NCBI GenBank assembly: GCA_047967505.1
Contig: CM106538.1
DNA from: Dipteris shenzhenensis
Taxonomy: Eukaryota
Strand: one strand, 5' to 3'
DNA: 64,000 bases
Under the pieces are notes generated by a model, which was not told where the DNA came from, did no database searches, and saw only the letters and a list, made by a program, of their open reading frames with translations. The position numbers and the translations under genes were made by a program. Positions 1-13,700 of this stretch are shown in pieces. The stretch's first letter is position 1, and each line of letters opens with the position of its first letter.

Positions 1-2446
1 TTTATTGTTGTATAAGGCTCCTTGATATTTATATTAACTTTGTTCTCTAATTTTTTGTAAGGTTCATGCCTTTTTGGTAGGTTTTGTGAGATCTCTATGA
101 CTTTGCATACTCTTTTTGCCCATCTCTCCTCAATTCTTATCATCCACTTTGAAATAGATACTCTAATGGCTAATTAAGAAAAAATTGTGACTCAAAATTG
201 CCAGCATCTACACTGGCAAAAATGTGATCTTCAGATGTCCTACTCTTAGCTAAGAGAAACAAGACATGAAGGAAGGGTAGTGCATCTAGATCAAATAAAG
301 AAACATCACATCCAACCATTGCATCAACTATAACAAGTCTTCAATGACATAAGATGTGCAGCTCAAAAATGGCTCAAGTGACTCATAGATAAGAAGCAAG
401 CAAGCAATTGTCTACCCACATGTAATGATAACACAAAAAATAGCATGATGTAGACCAAGCAAGGCTCAAACAAAAGCAATAGACAAGACTTAGCATCAAA
501 AAAGGCACGACTCAATGCACTACTACAACTAGCTATGTAGCAACAATATGCTCAACTAACATCACCACATAAGCAGGTAAGACAACAACCTACGACAAAG
601 AAGCAAGCACGTGAGCCTAGCCCTTGGACTACCATGACCCAAAAGCCAACAAACAAAAACTCAATAATAGTAAGAGCTACATCTAAGTAAAGGGGCATGC
701 AAGGCACCTACTCAATAGATCTACAACATAGGTCCACAATGAAAGGTAGGACCAAACAATAAGCAACTTAGACGAGACTATAAGCAATGAAGCTATAGAC
801 AAAGGTGACAAGCAACTCAAGAAGCAAGAAACATGACTGAGGAATGCCTACAACTAGCATTTACACACTAGCAAACACAAGCAAAGGCATTAGTGCTAAA
901 ATAGACTTAGAATGGGCCTTCGTTGATCATCTCCTTTAGTTGCATTTTTCTCACCATCTGTTGCATCTTCCTCAAACACATTTCCTAAATACCTTTAGCT
1001 TCACAATTAGACCTAAGCCTGGTGGTAATGCCATATGGTAGATAGGGTTTGCTAAACCTTGGGTGGACATTTTTCCATGTGACAACCCTATCCACCTTAC
1101 CACATTGGCACCTATGCCACATGTCCCCTACTTACTTAGCCTACGAACTCAAACATCAAGCTAGGTCATCAAGCCATGTTATTAGGCCATGTTATCATGC
1201 TACCATGCGATTGGTCCATTGAAGCACATAGTGCCATATAGAGAGACATTTGTAAGCAACATGTGAACAGACACTATGACATCACCCACATGCCACCTCA
1301 TCAATTTTTACCACTCCTTGGACAAAGTTTGGATAGCATTTCAAATGGCCATAACTTTTGATCTTGAAGGAGCTTTAAATTGTTGTAACAGAAAAAATGA
1401 TAAGCATATCCTGCTCTACATGGAGAGGTCCTCAAACCTACATTATTACTTTTCCATAGGTTGGGTTCAACAACCTTTCTTGATCTAATACAACCTCCCA
1501 AGGCATAAAATGAACAAATATTTAAAATTTTCTATATTTTGCACATCAACATATAGTCTAGCAATAGATTAGCATAGCTATAGAGGAGATTAGACTCCAC
1601 TAGTCCAAGTGATCCATTGCCCATATCACCCTCTTAGTTCCCATTGGCATTAGTCCCCTTGAATCTATCATTGGTGTACAAATTTACACATTTGGCATAC
1701 CACCCAACATCTTGGCAGTTGGCAGCAGACAATCACATTAGAGATTTATGACACTTGATAAGGATCTTTCTCTTGGATTTATGATAGTTGCACACATTTA
1801 CACATGCATGCTAGCCATTCACATTCAGCAAAAGTTGACTATTTTCTAACATTGGTTCCCACATAGATATATCAACCTTGTACAACCTCTTGGCTATTCC
1901 TAGCACACAGTTGTCATTATTTTATTATAGGTTGGATCTTTAGCGCACACACAAGTCTTCCACCATGAGTTGTTTCACATCTTGAGAATTTGAAATAAGC
2001 CCTACAGTGGTGGCTCTCACACAATGTTCTCATGGGTAGACACTCTTGAAGGTACATGGGTAATCCTCTAGCATAGAGCATTAGACCACATCCAAATAAA
2101 TCCATAATTTTCACACCACATATGTGATGATACACCAATCATGACCCTAGATGAGATCCATGAGTGGATAGAAGGTTCTCTTTCCTCTTTCATTGCCAAA
2201 GGGTATGTACCTATTTATGGCAGTAACTCATGCCTCATTGGTCTTGAGAGATCAAACCTATATGTACCACATGCTAATATGAATCAGCCTCTAATTTCTA
2301 ATCATACACATTGTAGGTAAGCCCTTAGCAGGACACACTTTTCTCTACATCAACATAGATTGATCCTTGTGATGTACATCCATCACATGTACAAACGGTT
2401 CTGAATCCAATTGTACCACATGAGATGCAAATACACAGCAAGACTA

Positions 2447-4689
2447 TGAAGGACAAATTGATGTAATGGGATCTAGAGTCCTAAGGTCTAAGGTTGTGAG
2501 TGTGTGAACACGGTTTGCCTGGATAGGTGTCAGTAGGTGTGATTGAGTGAATCTAGGTGTGTGATGTGTGATTGAGAGAATCATGGAACTGATTGAGAGA
2601 TTTGTGGAACTAGATGCTCTACTGAGCTCACATGTGATGTCACTACTGGATGTAACTGGAGCCTATATATTAGGCCTATCTCTCTTGAATAAACTCTCTA
2701 TTTTGCTTCACTTACTCAATCCTTCTTGCAACTCCAACATGTGGTATCAGAGCCTTGGTTCACTCTCCTTGAGACCTCCTTGAGTGCCATGTCATCATCT
2801 TCTCCCTCACACTCTCTTCTTCTCCATTTTCTCCTCTTTTGAGCATAATTTCCAAGCGCTTGTTCTCCCAATGTAGGCAACCATTCTCCAAACCCTTTCA
2901 GCCATAGATTTTCCACATATAGGTGCACTTACACTCCAGAGGGTTTTTGGAAATTGCCCTTCTACAACCCGTACTTATACTCACTTCATCCTACGCCATT
3001 TTTGTTGATACAACTTACTGGAGCCACCATTTCAAAAACCATCTCAGGTGCACTTAGGCGACCTACGGGCTACCTGTTGGTAAATTTTGAGGGAAAATGG
3101 TCAAGGGAATGAGGAGAAACTAAAAAAAAACCAATCAGGTTTTGAAGAAGACATGTTTTTGGAGGTGGAGAAGATGTTGCTGCCCCTAGAGGTGTGAAGC
3201 TTCATTTGGCTTGAGACTTGCACTGAGTCTTCTACTCGGCTTCTACTTCCAAATACCTTTAATTGCGCAGGAAATGCCCTATGCTTGATGCTTTGTGGAG
3301 TGAGGTAGCAATCCTCCAAGGTTCCTCTGTTTTCTGCAAGCATTTCTAGACTATTTTTGAAGTTTGATGCTACACTAAATGCTAAGGTGATGCTTGAGGA
3401 GTTAAAGTATAGATCAGAGATTCAGAGATTACTTTTTAAGTTCATTTGAATGCATTTTTCACCTTTTATGTTGAGGATTGAGGTTATGATACTTTGAAGT
3501 GGATTTCAAGTCATACTATCTTGTTGACTAGTTGATGAGTTGACTAGTCTGGATTGACCATGACAAGAGTTTAGATGAAGGAAGAATATATCATGACTTG
3601 CATGATGATTTCAAATGGATATGATTGGAACAAAGGTTTCAACTACAACCATCATGATTCTTATTTTAAAGATGCCTTAGTTATGGTTTTAGTATCTTTC
3701 ATGATGTATGAAATGTACTTGCATTTGGTTGACTATACCTTGCCATACAATCATGATCACCTCTTTTACAAGAGTAGACACTGCCCTTGCATGACAAGTG
3801 GTAAGACCCTCTTCAGTCCATATGATTCACAAAATGTTTTTAAGGCTTGGACACTCAAAGAAGGTGAAGGACTACAAGGATCTTGTATTGCAGAATATGG
3901 ACAAGATACATTAAAGAGTGTAGAGAAGGACAAAGAGCAAAGGAGTTACAAGATTGGCTACACCAAGAACCTCTCCAATGACAATGAACCTCACACTATG
4001 GTAGCTTTGAAGAGAAGGAGGAAAAGGACAAGACATGCCATCAAACGGGGGTATTTCCCCACATCTTCCACTTAGAATGTTTTTGTGTGTGTGGTCAATA
4101 AGGGTTCTCTACCTTGGGATGTCCCCCTCAAATGATTGTTACTCTTATGTGTTACCTTGTTGGATCTAAGGGTATTCCCATGCATAGTCATTGTCTATCT
4201 CCCAATTCTAAACCAACAAACCAAAATCAGAGTGAGATCATGTTGGGATGAGGATGCCCAAATGAGTCTACTGCTAATGCAACTAGAGTGAGTACCAGGT
4301 TGTGGATCATGTGTGTTACCACTAGAGGTGGGCAAGCCATGAAGTTTCCCATGGACTACTGCTAGGGTTGAGGTCATCAATTTGTGGGGGGGAATGAAGG
4401 ACAAATTGATGTAATGGGATCTAGAGTCCTAAGGTCTAAGGTTGTGAGTGTGTGAACACATGGTGCGCCTGGATAGGTGTCAGTAGGCGTGATTGAGTGA
4501 ATTTAGGTGTGTGATGTGTAATTGAGAGAATCATGGAACTGATTGAGAGATTTGTGGATCTAGATGCTCTATTGAGCTCACATGTGATGTCACTATTGGA
4601 TGTAACTAAAGCCTATATATTGGGCCTGTCTCTCTTGAATAAACTCTCTCTTTTGCTTCACTTACTCAATCCTTCTTGCAACTCCAACA
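2447..4689 (+). mobile_element. Non-autonomous LTR retroelement (TRIM/LARD-like, 2.24 kb, no recognisable gag/pol)
   Basis: TG..CA LTRs 2447-2739 and 4395-4689; tRNA-Met primer-binding site (PBS) TGGTATCAGAGCC 2742-2754; polypurine tract (PPT) GTGGGGGGGAA 4384-4394; TSD GACTA (2442-2446, 4690-4694). The empty site with a single GACTA is seen in the inverted copy near 18565. Confidence 0.95.
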
Positions 4690-4904
4690 GACTACACCAT
4701 TGACCATGTAGTTTTTAATTAGATAAGTCCTTAGTATGAGGCTCTCAAATCTCTAGTAGCATGTGGAGATACGTGTCATAGTGTACCCAGCTCTTTAGGT
4801 GATCCTATTCCATCATCCATTATTGATGCTTTCACCTCTGACACAAATCATGTTATGATTATGGACATAGTTTTTGACACTAATTATCAACATCTCAATC
4901 ATTA

Positions 4905-4906
<2 letters not shown>

Positions 4907-4962
<56 letters not shown>
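4907..4962. repeat. (TC)n microsatellite; similar (GA/TC)n tracts at ~18313-18352, 21429-21480, 28250-28281, 56072-56107
   Basis: Directly visible dinucleotide runs; they produce the spurious ERERER ORFs. Confidence 0.95.
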
Positions 4963-4964
<2 letters not shown>

Positions 4965-6209
4965 CCCCCCTGATACTCCAACATTGTCCATAAGCAAAGT
5001 GCTTCATGAAGGCTTGCTAAGGAGATAGTGAACCAAGATCTTGAGGAGCATAGAGGCACCCACTTCCCAATAGCCACCATTAAGAGAAGTGAAACTATGA
5101 ATCATAAAGGATTTGGAGGGAAAATCCTCTCTTGCCATGTGTTTATTTGGGTAAGATCCCATCTAGATAGTTCTATTCCTCATAGAGTCATAGAGTCTCT
5201 CCTTTCTCTCCCCAAAAAAGTAGATATTGAGGGAACAACAAGTTCCATGTTTTCAAATACCTTTCACCTTCAATTTAAAAAGCACCAATGTCCCATTGCT
5301 AGAGTATATGACCATCATCTTTGCCAATACCTTCCCTGTTTAAAAAGAAACCATTATTCCCTTCCTGGAGCACATGATTGTAACTCTCTTTCCCTACAAC
5401 CTCTCTATAATTCAAAAATCAAAGTAGAACAAGTAAGGAAAGTGGGTGCACTTGTGTATATGTGTATGGGCATGTATATGTGGTGGGGGAGGTATGCACA
5501 TGCATGCACACAAAGAGAAGTGTGTGTGTGTGTGTGTGTTAAGATTAGATTAGAACCCCTCAAGAAGGTCCTAGAATATATGGACAACACTCGACTCTCT
5601 GGAAAGATAGAAACCACAGAGTATTTGGTGATCCCATGTTTTCTCCTTTTGTTTTCTTTCATCATTCTGTGCATCAATCACTCTTTGATTGTCCGCAAAC
5701 TCACAACATAGATTATGATGTATATTTGTGCCACATAGAGATTTTCTCTTGATGTACTTTTCCAGCTTCCTAGTTTTGGGATAGCTTTCTTGTAACATAA
5801 AGCATTCAAAGTTTTCACCAAAAAAGTGTGTGTGTATGTGAAGAAATATGTGTCTGTGTGTGTGAGATACATTTACTAATCAAAATTATTATGTGTGTGT
5901 GTGTGTGTGGCCCACCCCCAACCCCAAAGGGTAAGACCTCATGGTGGGGAGGAAGCCCACCAAGTGGAACTTACTCCCCACCTACTGATAATAAGTGAAT
6001 AAAAGTGGATTTGTATGATAAGTGTCAAAATTAAAAAATGATGGCCAATAGTAAATGTGTAAACCACTTCTACAAAATAGATGTAAAGGTTAGTAAAAAA
6101 TAAGACGGCGGATCATAGAATGACTAGGGATTATCCATGCTAAAGAATAATCCAATGGATGTGAATTAATTGTATGGCAGTAGCCCAACAAAAGTCTAGT
6201 TGGGAAATC

Positions 6210-6490
6210 AAAGTGTGTGTTTAGATTAAAAATTCCCATCAATGATTGAGCCATACAATTAATTCCATCAATTGGATAAAAAGTTTTTTTAAAAAAGGGG
6301 ACCATATAAGGAAAAAATATTTGAGACATCTAAGTTGAAAAATGCAACAACTAGAGTTTGCAAAAAGTCCCACCAAAATTAAGAATTTTTAATAATATCA
6401 AATTTGGCAAACACAATATTGAAAAAAGATGTCAAATCCTCAAGTAGAGGTTTCGAGGTCTGGGTCCACTTACTTGCCAGCATCCAAACA
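6210..6490. repeat. AT-rich ~280 bp repeat with a diverged inverted copy at ~14530-14810
   Basis: Translations 6090..6329 (-) MSQIFFPYM..INCMAQSLMG and 14695..14937 (+) MSQRFFPYM..INCMAQLLMG; GGGTCCACTTACTTGCCA at ~6462 is the reverse complement of TGGCAAGTAAGTGGACCC at ~14541. Confidence 0.85.
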
Positions 6491-7129
6491 AAGCGTTAAT
6501 GTACCAAGTCCTCCAACTTAGTCGTTTATGTGTGCAACAGTACTTCTTGACCCAACACCGGACTTCAATGCACCTAGGACCTTGCAGCCCCAAATACACC
6601 CGCATTCTAATCGCAACTCGTTCCGCACTCATAGGTCACCTTGACGTTCTAGCTCAAAATGGTCTTTGGCATGTCTCAGACTCAGACTATCATTTTTGCT
6701 CCAAGCCACAATGCATCGTCCCCTAGTTTGCCGTTCACAAATCCTAAGACCCACACGTGGAGTTCTGGGCCACTTTTGCACAACATGCTTTTGATGCCTC
6801 TCGAGGTGCCTTTCTTGGCACAAATGGTCCTGGTTGCCTTGCAGTGCATCCAGGGTAGAACCCTCTTGGGTCTCCCCTTCACTGATGCTGGTACACAAGC
6901 TCCTAGGCCTCTACGCAACACTTGGCCTTCCTTGGATAAGGTCACGATTCGCAGTTCTACACAAAACGCCCACCACACGATTTTTGAGCTTCAGTCCAAC
7001 TTGGTCACAAGGTTAGCAGCCTTTGGGTAGGGTCGGCACGCTTCACCCCGCGGGCTCCCCGCGAGTCTCGACCCGGTACCAAATGGTTCACATGATATTT
7101 ACAATGGTATGGAGAATATGATATTTACA

Positions 7130-8254
7130 ATCATCCATGCCTCCTCCGCTATGGTGACATGTTGAATTAATGCCATGACAAAATCACTTACACTGTAGAC
7201 AATAGAACACAGGACATCTGCATTTCTTCTTGTCCACGCGAGAATCTCATCTGCAGTTGGTACTATCTGTTGTCCTGCATTGGCTGGATTTGGTCTCGCA
7301 ACGGGCTTCACGTCCACCCCAGTAGCAGTATCCCAAAGCTCGTATGCGCTTAGGATGGTCTTTATCTTGAACTTCCATAGTGGATAGTTAGTGCCGTCCG
7401 ACTTTCCGCTTTTGCTGAACGGTGGGATTCGCAGTCTTGTGGGCTGGGCCATCTCTCATAATCTGCTCGCAAATAGAAACACACTACCAAATCTTCTTAC
7501 TAGAGTCCAAGCTCTGATACAGAAAACAATACAATGTCTGTGCTCAACAGATAATAGGATCTCGTACGCAAGAGAGAAAAGCAGATAGTATGGAGAATCA
7601 AAAATTTGATTACTGTAAAACTGATACAATAGATGGCGCTGCCTCCTAGCCATGTGCTCCTATGAGAGAAGCTTCGATGGCATGCTCGAAATAGTAGAGG
7701 ACAGAGGCTGGATGGTAAGGAATCAGGGTTGCTATAGCCAGTGATGAAATGGGCTTCACGAGCTTGCTCTTATATAGCCACCAGTCGTAGTCGGTTAGGC
7801 TCAATTGGGAGACCCGACCCAATCCGCCCGAACCGGTCGACTGGAGGCCGATAGGCCACTGACCACATGATAGAATTGTGGCGTAGATTAGAGCAACTAA
7901 CCTACGATCTCCATTTGGCCCCTCCATTTGGCCCACAGCCATCCGGGATCATCTAGGGCTCCAAATGGGCCCCACAACCCAAGAGTGGGCTGCCTCGGGA
8001 AATGCTCCATCTACCCTTAGTGCGGTCAATCATGGGATGCCTTCCCACACTTGCATGTAGCCTAGTTGGCAGTGTGCCAACTCTATCTGAAGCCATCCAG
8101 CCATCAGGCCACACATGGCCCCCATCTAGTGTCCAAACCAGGACCTACTAGATAACCGAGCTACTCAAATGCCTTCTCCTCATATGGAGGGCTTACAAGT
8201 AGAGTTAGCTAGTTCCTACGTAGTTACACGAGAGTGGAGCATTGATATCTAACA
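7130..8254 (-). mobile_element. Truncated Ty1/Copia: 5' LTR, PBS and start of gag
   Basis: ORF 7099..7452 (-) has Copia gag N-terminus (DGTNYPLWKFKIKTILSAYELWD...AEEAW). Decayed PBS GCTCTGATAC(A) at 7511-7521. LTR start TGTTAGATATC at 8254 resembles the TGTTGAGATATC start of the 33116 element. Confidence 0.8.
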
Positions 8255-8671
8255 ATATCAGCTGTTGATGCAATGAGCATTTCTAGAAAACTAGTGTGAA
8301 AATAAATGTTTAGCAACAATGAACTCATCATTAAATTCCAAGGCATTCCTAGCTATCCAAATGAACAAAGTGCATGCACTCAAATCCAATCCCAAGTGGC
8401 ATAAGGTAACTTGAGTGCATTACCTAGAATCCAATTGAGTGGTTCACCTAAGTGTCACTACACAAATTTCCAAATTTTCCTAGGCATGACAAAAAAAGAT
8501 GGAAGACATTTTTATATTTGTCAAGGCATCTCTTACAAGTCCCATCTCCTTTTCCTATCCTTAAGCTCTTGCAATTAGTCCATACACCTTTATGCATGAC
8601 GAGCAAAAGTAATGGGATAATTTTTCATCCCATAACAAGACAAATCTATTTCTCCATGTCTAGGCATTGTC

Positions 8672-8745
8672 AGCTAACTTCCATCTTCTATTCAACGTAG
8701 TGGAAAGCTAACTTCCATCTTCTATTCAACGTAGTGGAAAGCTAA
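8672..8745. repeat. Perfect 34-bp tandem duplication
   Basis: AGCTAACTTCCATCTTCTATTCAACGTAGTGGAA at 8672-8705 and 8706-8739. Confidence 0.95.
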
Positions 8746-8779
8746 TCAACGGAGTAGGTATAGGTAGAAAGTGGAGACT

Positions 8780-10680
8780 TCTAACCCAACTGAATCCCTA
8801 TCATAAATCAAAACTCTGCCCCCTTTCCAGGTGAGGTCATGGTCTCATAGCTCTATTCTACTCATAACAAGTGCCTGATCTTGATTGGATAATCTAAATT
8901 CTCTTCTAATCTCATGCCATTCTTTCCATTTTATGTTTTTTGTACTCCATACTTGATCCCATGTCTCAAGCCCTTTTTTTGAAAAGTTACCAAGCTTTTA
9001 TCAACGGTTGATTTTTGAAAAGAACCGATACCTAGATGGAATCTAATCCCATGAATGAACCTTTACCAATAAATCCAATATGTTTTTTTATTTGTTTGAA
9101 AGCATACCATAGGGATTTCCACAACTGCCTCCCCCTAGTTGTAATCAAAGTTAGGATTAGTTATTGCTTTTATGATCCATGTGACTTCTTTTATAATCCA
9201 TGTTACTACTAACTTAAAAGTAGCTTGTTAGATGTTAACAACACCCATGCCTTCTTCATCTTTGGGTCTAGTACAAAATGCCCACTTGACTTTAGAAATC
9301 CTTCTTCTAGAATCACTGCCCCCCCCCAAGAGAGATATGTATATTATGATAAACTTTTCCAGACCAGTTTGTGAGGGGCACTGAAAAGACAAATAAAAGA
9401 TAGAGATAGGGTAAATACAATGATTCAGGACTACTGTTCTTCTTGTCAGATTGGCCTAGAAATCCTAAGCTTAGTTCTACTTTTGTTTAGAAACCAGTCT
9501 CACATTGCTTTCATACTGACCTTGAACCCCATGGGTATTCCTAGGAGTCTGGAGATTTGACCTTGTGGGATTTTTTTGCAATCCTTTGACTTTAACTATT
9601 CTTGGTCTTTTCCTAAAAGTATAGCATACCCTATTTTCACATGATTAACTGCAAGACAAAAAATGTCCAGATAGTTCAAGGCATTTTCAATGTGTTGAGG
9701 AGTGTTGCTAATAGTGAGATTAGTGTCATCTACAAGCTATTAGTTCACTGAGTGTTTCCTTGAGGGAAATTCAATTCCTTTGGGGGTTTCCTTATCCCCT
9801 TGATCCTGTATCAGCCACCTCAATGAATCTGCTACAATTGCAAACAAAAGAGAAGCAAGAGGACATCCTTTTCTAATGGATCTCTTTAACATAAAGATTT
9901 GAGACATTTCTCCATTAATATAGAGCTTGGCAGAAGCATTTGTGAGAAGTAGTTTTACAAAGGATGTGAACCTTGCTCCTATGCCAAAGTCTTAAATAGA
10001 TTGTACCAAGATGAGATTGTAAACTATTTCCAACAAGCCCACCACTCTTTGAACTAAATCCTTGCATTTTGAAGTTTGCATCGTTCCTGATAACAAATCC
10101 CCTTCTTTTTGTTAAGTAGCTATTGTTGAGCCTCTATATCTAGAATCCTTGCTTTCCTTTCCAATTCCTCTAATTCTTCCTTTAATCTACCCATTCTTTG
10201 AGCTCTAATGATTGCCTTGTGTTTCCTGGCTACTTCTAGAACTTGTTGAGTGTTAGATGCATCGTCTAGCCAACCTTGTGAGCAAGTTTTAGCCGAGTAG
10301 AAAATTGTATTATAAATTCTAGCAATGTTTGGCTGGATAGACTGGATGCTAAAGAGAGAGGGATCAAGCTTAAACCAAGAGCTACCCTTTTTACCTGAGC
10401 CAAAGACAAAGCAAAAACCAATTTATGATATGAGAGAGTCAAGGATGAGAATATTTTGCTCCTCTTAAGTGCAAGTACCAGTTTCCCCTATGTCAATCAG
10501 TTGTGAGTTCTCCTTGAGCTCTTCCCAAATCTGAAGCTTAGTGCCCCTCAAAAGAGATCCATTCTTCATCCATCTGTCCTCTACAAATTCAACCATATTA
10601 AAGTTTCCTAAAAGCACACAGTTACTCTCTTGCACTTGAAGTTACTTCGAGGTCAATTGGAGGGCAGAATAAATCTACAG
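8780..10680 (-). pseudogene. Decayed L1-clade LINE ORF2 (endonuclease and RT remnants); ends approximate
   Basis: Manual minus-strand translation gives LGNFNMVEF (GDFN-like, ~10600), LYINGEMSQIFMLKRSIRKGCPLASLLFAIV (RQGCPLSP motif, ~9830-9930) and LVDDT (FADD-like, ~9725), with many stops. Confidence 0.8.
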
Positions 10681-10711
10681 TAAAAGAGACATTTTTTATC
10701 CTACATTTTAT

Positions 10712-13700
10712 TGAAACCTGACAAAATATGAAGAGGGGAGAGGAGAAGAGTGGAGATGAGGAGAGAGGGCACAGGTAGAGAGCACACCACAAATGACTAA
10801 TTCTACACTAGATTTAGTTGAAAATGTAGAATATATACAAACCCTTTTAAGGTTAGGGTTAGGTCATCTAACCCTTTCCTTTATAGCACTCTATATGTGT
10901 TAGTGCGATGCACATATGATCACATGATGTTAAACTGATCTCTCAACACCTTCCCTTAAGATCAACATCATGAAGTAGGCCTTCCCTCAAGATGATGATT
11001 CTGGGGAATCAAAGAAGGACTGAGCATTCCATTCCATCAAACCCCTTTAATGGGAATGTCCTTCCTCTGAGTCAAACCAGGAGCTTGTCCGTACTTCTTG
11101 AAAAGCTCTTTACCGAGTGGTTTGGTAAAGATGTCTGCAACATTTCCTTTGCTATCACAATGCTGCATTGTGATGTCACCAAGTAACACTCTTTCTCTTA
11201 TGAATAGCTCTTGACATCAAGATGCTTTGTCTTGGAGTGATAAATTGGATTCTTGGCCAATGCTTGAGCCGATTGATTATCATAGTATAGTGTTGTTGTC
11301 TTTGATTCATCAAAGTAGTCTGTTTCTGACAATAGTTTTCTGAGCGCCGATTGATTATCATAGTATAGTGTTGTTGTCTTTGATTCATGAAAGTAGTCTA
11401 TTTCTAACAATAGTTTTTGGAGCCATATAGCCTCACATGCACCTGTAGTGAGTGCTCTATATTCTACTTCACTCGAATACAAAGAAATAGTTAGCTGTTT
11501 ATTTGACAACCATGATTTAGCACCTTGACCAAGGAAAAATGCATATCCCTGTATCGATCTTCTGGTCTCATGATCTCCGGCATAATCACTGTCACAATAT
11601 CCATGCAACCTTGGATGACTTCCACTGTATTCTATTCAAAATTGTCTTGTACCTCTGATGTATCTCAAGACTCTTTTGGCTGCATTCCAGTGAAATTGTT
11701 TTGGATTTGCCGTAAACTATGCTAGTGAACTTACTGCATAACCAATATCTAGTCGTGTGATAGTCAGATATATAAGAGATTTGATGAGCTGCTAATAGTG
11801 CCTGTCATTGATGGTAGGCTTTTTTGAATCTTTTATAAGTTTCAAACTCTGTTCCATGGGAGTGGTTGCAATCTTGCAATCTGCCATATGAAACTTCTTC
11901 AAGAGACTATCAACATATTTTAGCTGACTCATAAAGGTGCTGTTTGAATCTCTCCAGAACTCAATACCAAGACAATAGTGCATAAGTCCAAGATCTTTCA
12001 TGTTGAACTCTACAGATAAGTCTTGTTTTGATTTCTTGATGAATCTGACCTTGCTTCTGGTCACAATCAGATCATCTACATACAAAAGTGCAATAGTGAT
12101 GTCTTCCCCTTGAACTTTGTAGTAGAGAGTATGATCTGCATTGGATTTCATGTATCCCAAATCAGCAAAATACTTGTCGATTCTATTGGACCAACTTTTG
12201 GGTGCTTGCTTTAAGCCATAGAGACTTTTCTTGAGATGGCAAACCTGATTCTCTTTCCTGGTTCAACATAACTTGCTGGTTGTTGCATGTAGACTTCCTC
12301 GTCTAGGTAACCATTGAGAAAAGCATTCTTGACATCGAGCTGGTACACATTCCATCTGCTAAGTGTCACTAGGGATATCAAGAACCATATGGAATCCATC
12401 TTTGCTACTGGAGCATAAGTCTCATCATAGTCTTAACCTTATTGCTGTGCAAATCCTTTTGCAACTAATTTAGCTTTGTATCTTTTGATATTTCCATCTG
12501 GAATGTACTTCACTTTGTATACCCATTTGTTTGCTATGGCCTTCTTTCCTGGTGGAAGGTCACATAATTCCCAAGCATTATTCTTGTACAAAGCTTCCAT
12601 TTCTTCATTCATAGCAATTTGCCATTCTGGCTTGTCAACTGCATCTCTGAAGTACACTGGCTCTTCTGTAGCCATGATGGTAGTCATAAGAGCAGAGTTG
12701 GTGGTTTCAACCTAAATTGCTTTGCCTTTCTAAGCATACATCAATCTGGCTGGAGGTCTACTTTTCCTAGTAGACTGTCTCAGTTGCTATGGTTCTTCTC
12801 GAAGTGCTTTGAGCAATTCTTGCTCTTCTTCATCAACTTTCTCTATAGATGACTAAGTACTCGGTGTGTCTATCTCCTATGTGTTTGAAGTTTTCCATTC
12901 TGATTCCTCATCAAAGATTACATCTTTGGAGATAATGACATTTCGGTTGATGGGATCATACAACTTGTATGCTTCGCTGACTTCACTGTAGCCAAACATG
13001 ATGCATTTGCATGACTTCGCATCTAATTTTCTCGATGGTCATCATGTATGGGGACGAGCATTTTCTGAGCGAAATCTTCCGAGCGTCCGAGCGAAGGAAA
13101 AAAAAAGCTTCCAACTATGCATAAATATGGCAAAAATCGATCAGAAGAAAACATAGTTTCACTTAGAAATATGCAAAGTATTATAGCAATGGCTATTTTA
13201 TACAAAAATCTTTAGGTGAATCTGTAGGAATGGTGAGAGCATAATGGGATGGCTTTTGAAGAAACCCACATGTAGAGTAGACTTCTCTATGAAAATTCCC
13301 TTATGATCCTTCTTACAACTTTTACTTAATAGGGGGTGACATTGAAAACCCTCTCTCAACCTATCTTCATGAAAGAGTTTCTTCAAAGAAAACTCATTGA
13401 AGCAAGCCATCCAGGTAGTTTCGCCAGCGAAACCCCTTTGAAGCAAGTCTCCCAAGGTAGTTTCGCTGGCGAAACTACCTTGGACAGCACTTTTAAAAGT
13501 GACATAACTTTCATATCCAATGTCCAAATATAGTCATTCAGCCACTCAAATTGATTGGAACACCCCATTTGAGCACATCTATGGAGTTATATTTTGGAAA
13601 ATCTTTCATATATAGTATTAAATATTACATGTATTTTATGAGAGTGATATATAAGCCTAAGTTAATACTTATTTATAGTAATTTAAACTTCTTTAGAAAC

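Larger units (their letters stand above)
1824..5539. repeat. Left arm of a long inverted repeat (unclassified ~1.47 kb sequence, interrupted by the LTR element at 2447-4689); partner 17720-19190
   Basis: 1824-2446 plus 4695-5539 is colinear with the reverse complement of 17720-19190 (e.g. ORF translations 4813..5007/4895..5080 (-) match 18192..18446 (+)). Similarity stops at the (TG)n tract near 5520-5539. Confidence 0.9.

Noticed and set aside
3575-4075. 166-aa ORF inside the non-autonomous LTR element as a cargo gene
   Set aside because: No recognisable motif and no support beyond length; may be decayed gag-region sequence.
5028-5711. 227-aa ORF and other ORFs containing ERERER, VCVCVC or HTHTHT runs
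   Set aside because: They read through microsatellites, are not kept open in the inverted copy and show no recognisable domain.
6500-7092. GC-richer segment with TG..CA-like ends, possible solo LTR
   Set aside because: No TSD, no second copy and an ambiguous right end; cannot be supported.
10848-10865. TTAGGG-like repeats here and at ~53282-53295 as telomeric sequence
   Set aside because: Only about two units, and both are part of the same LTR family.
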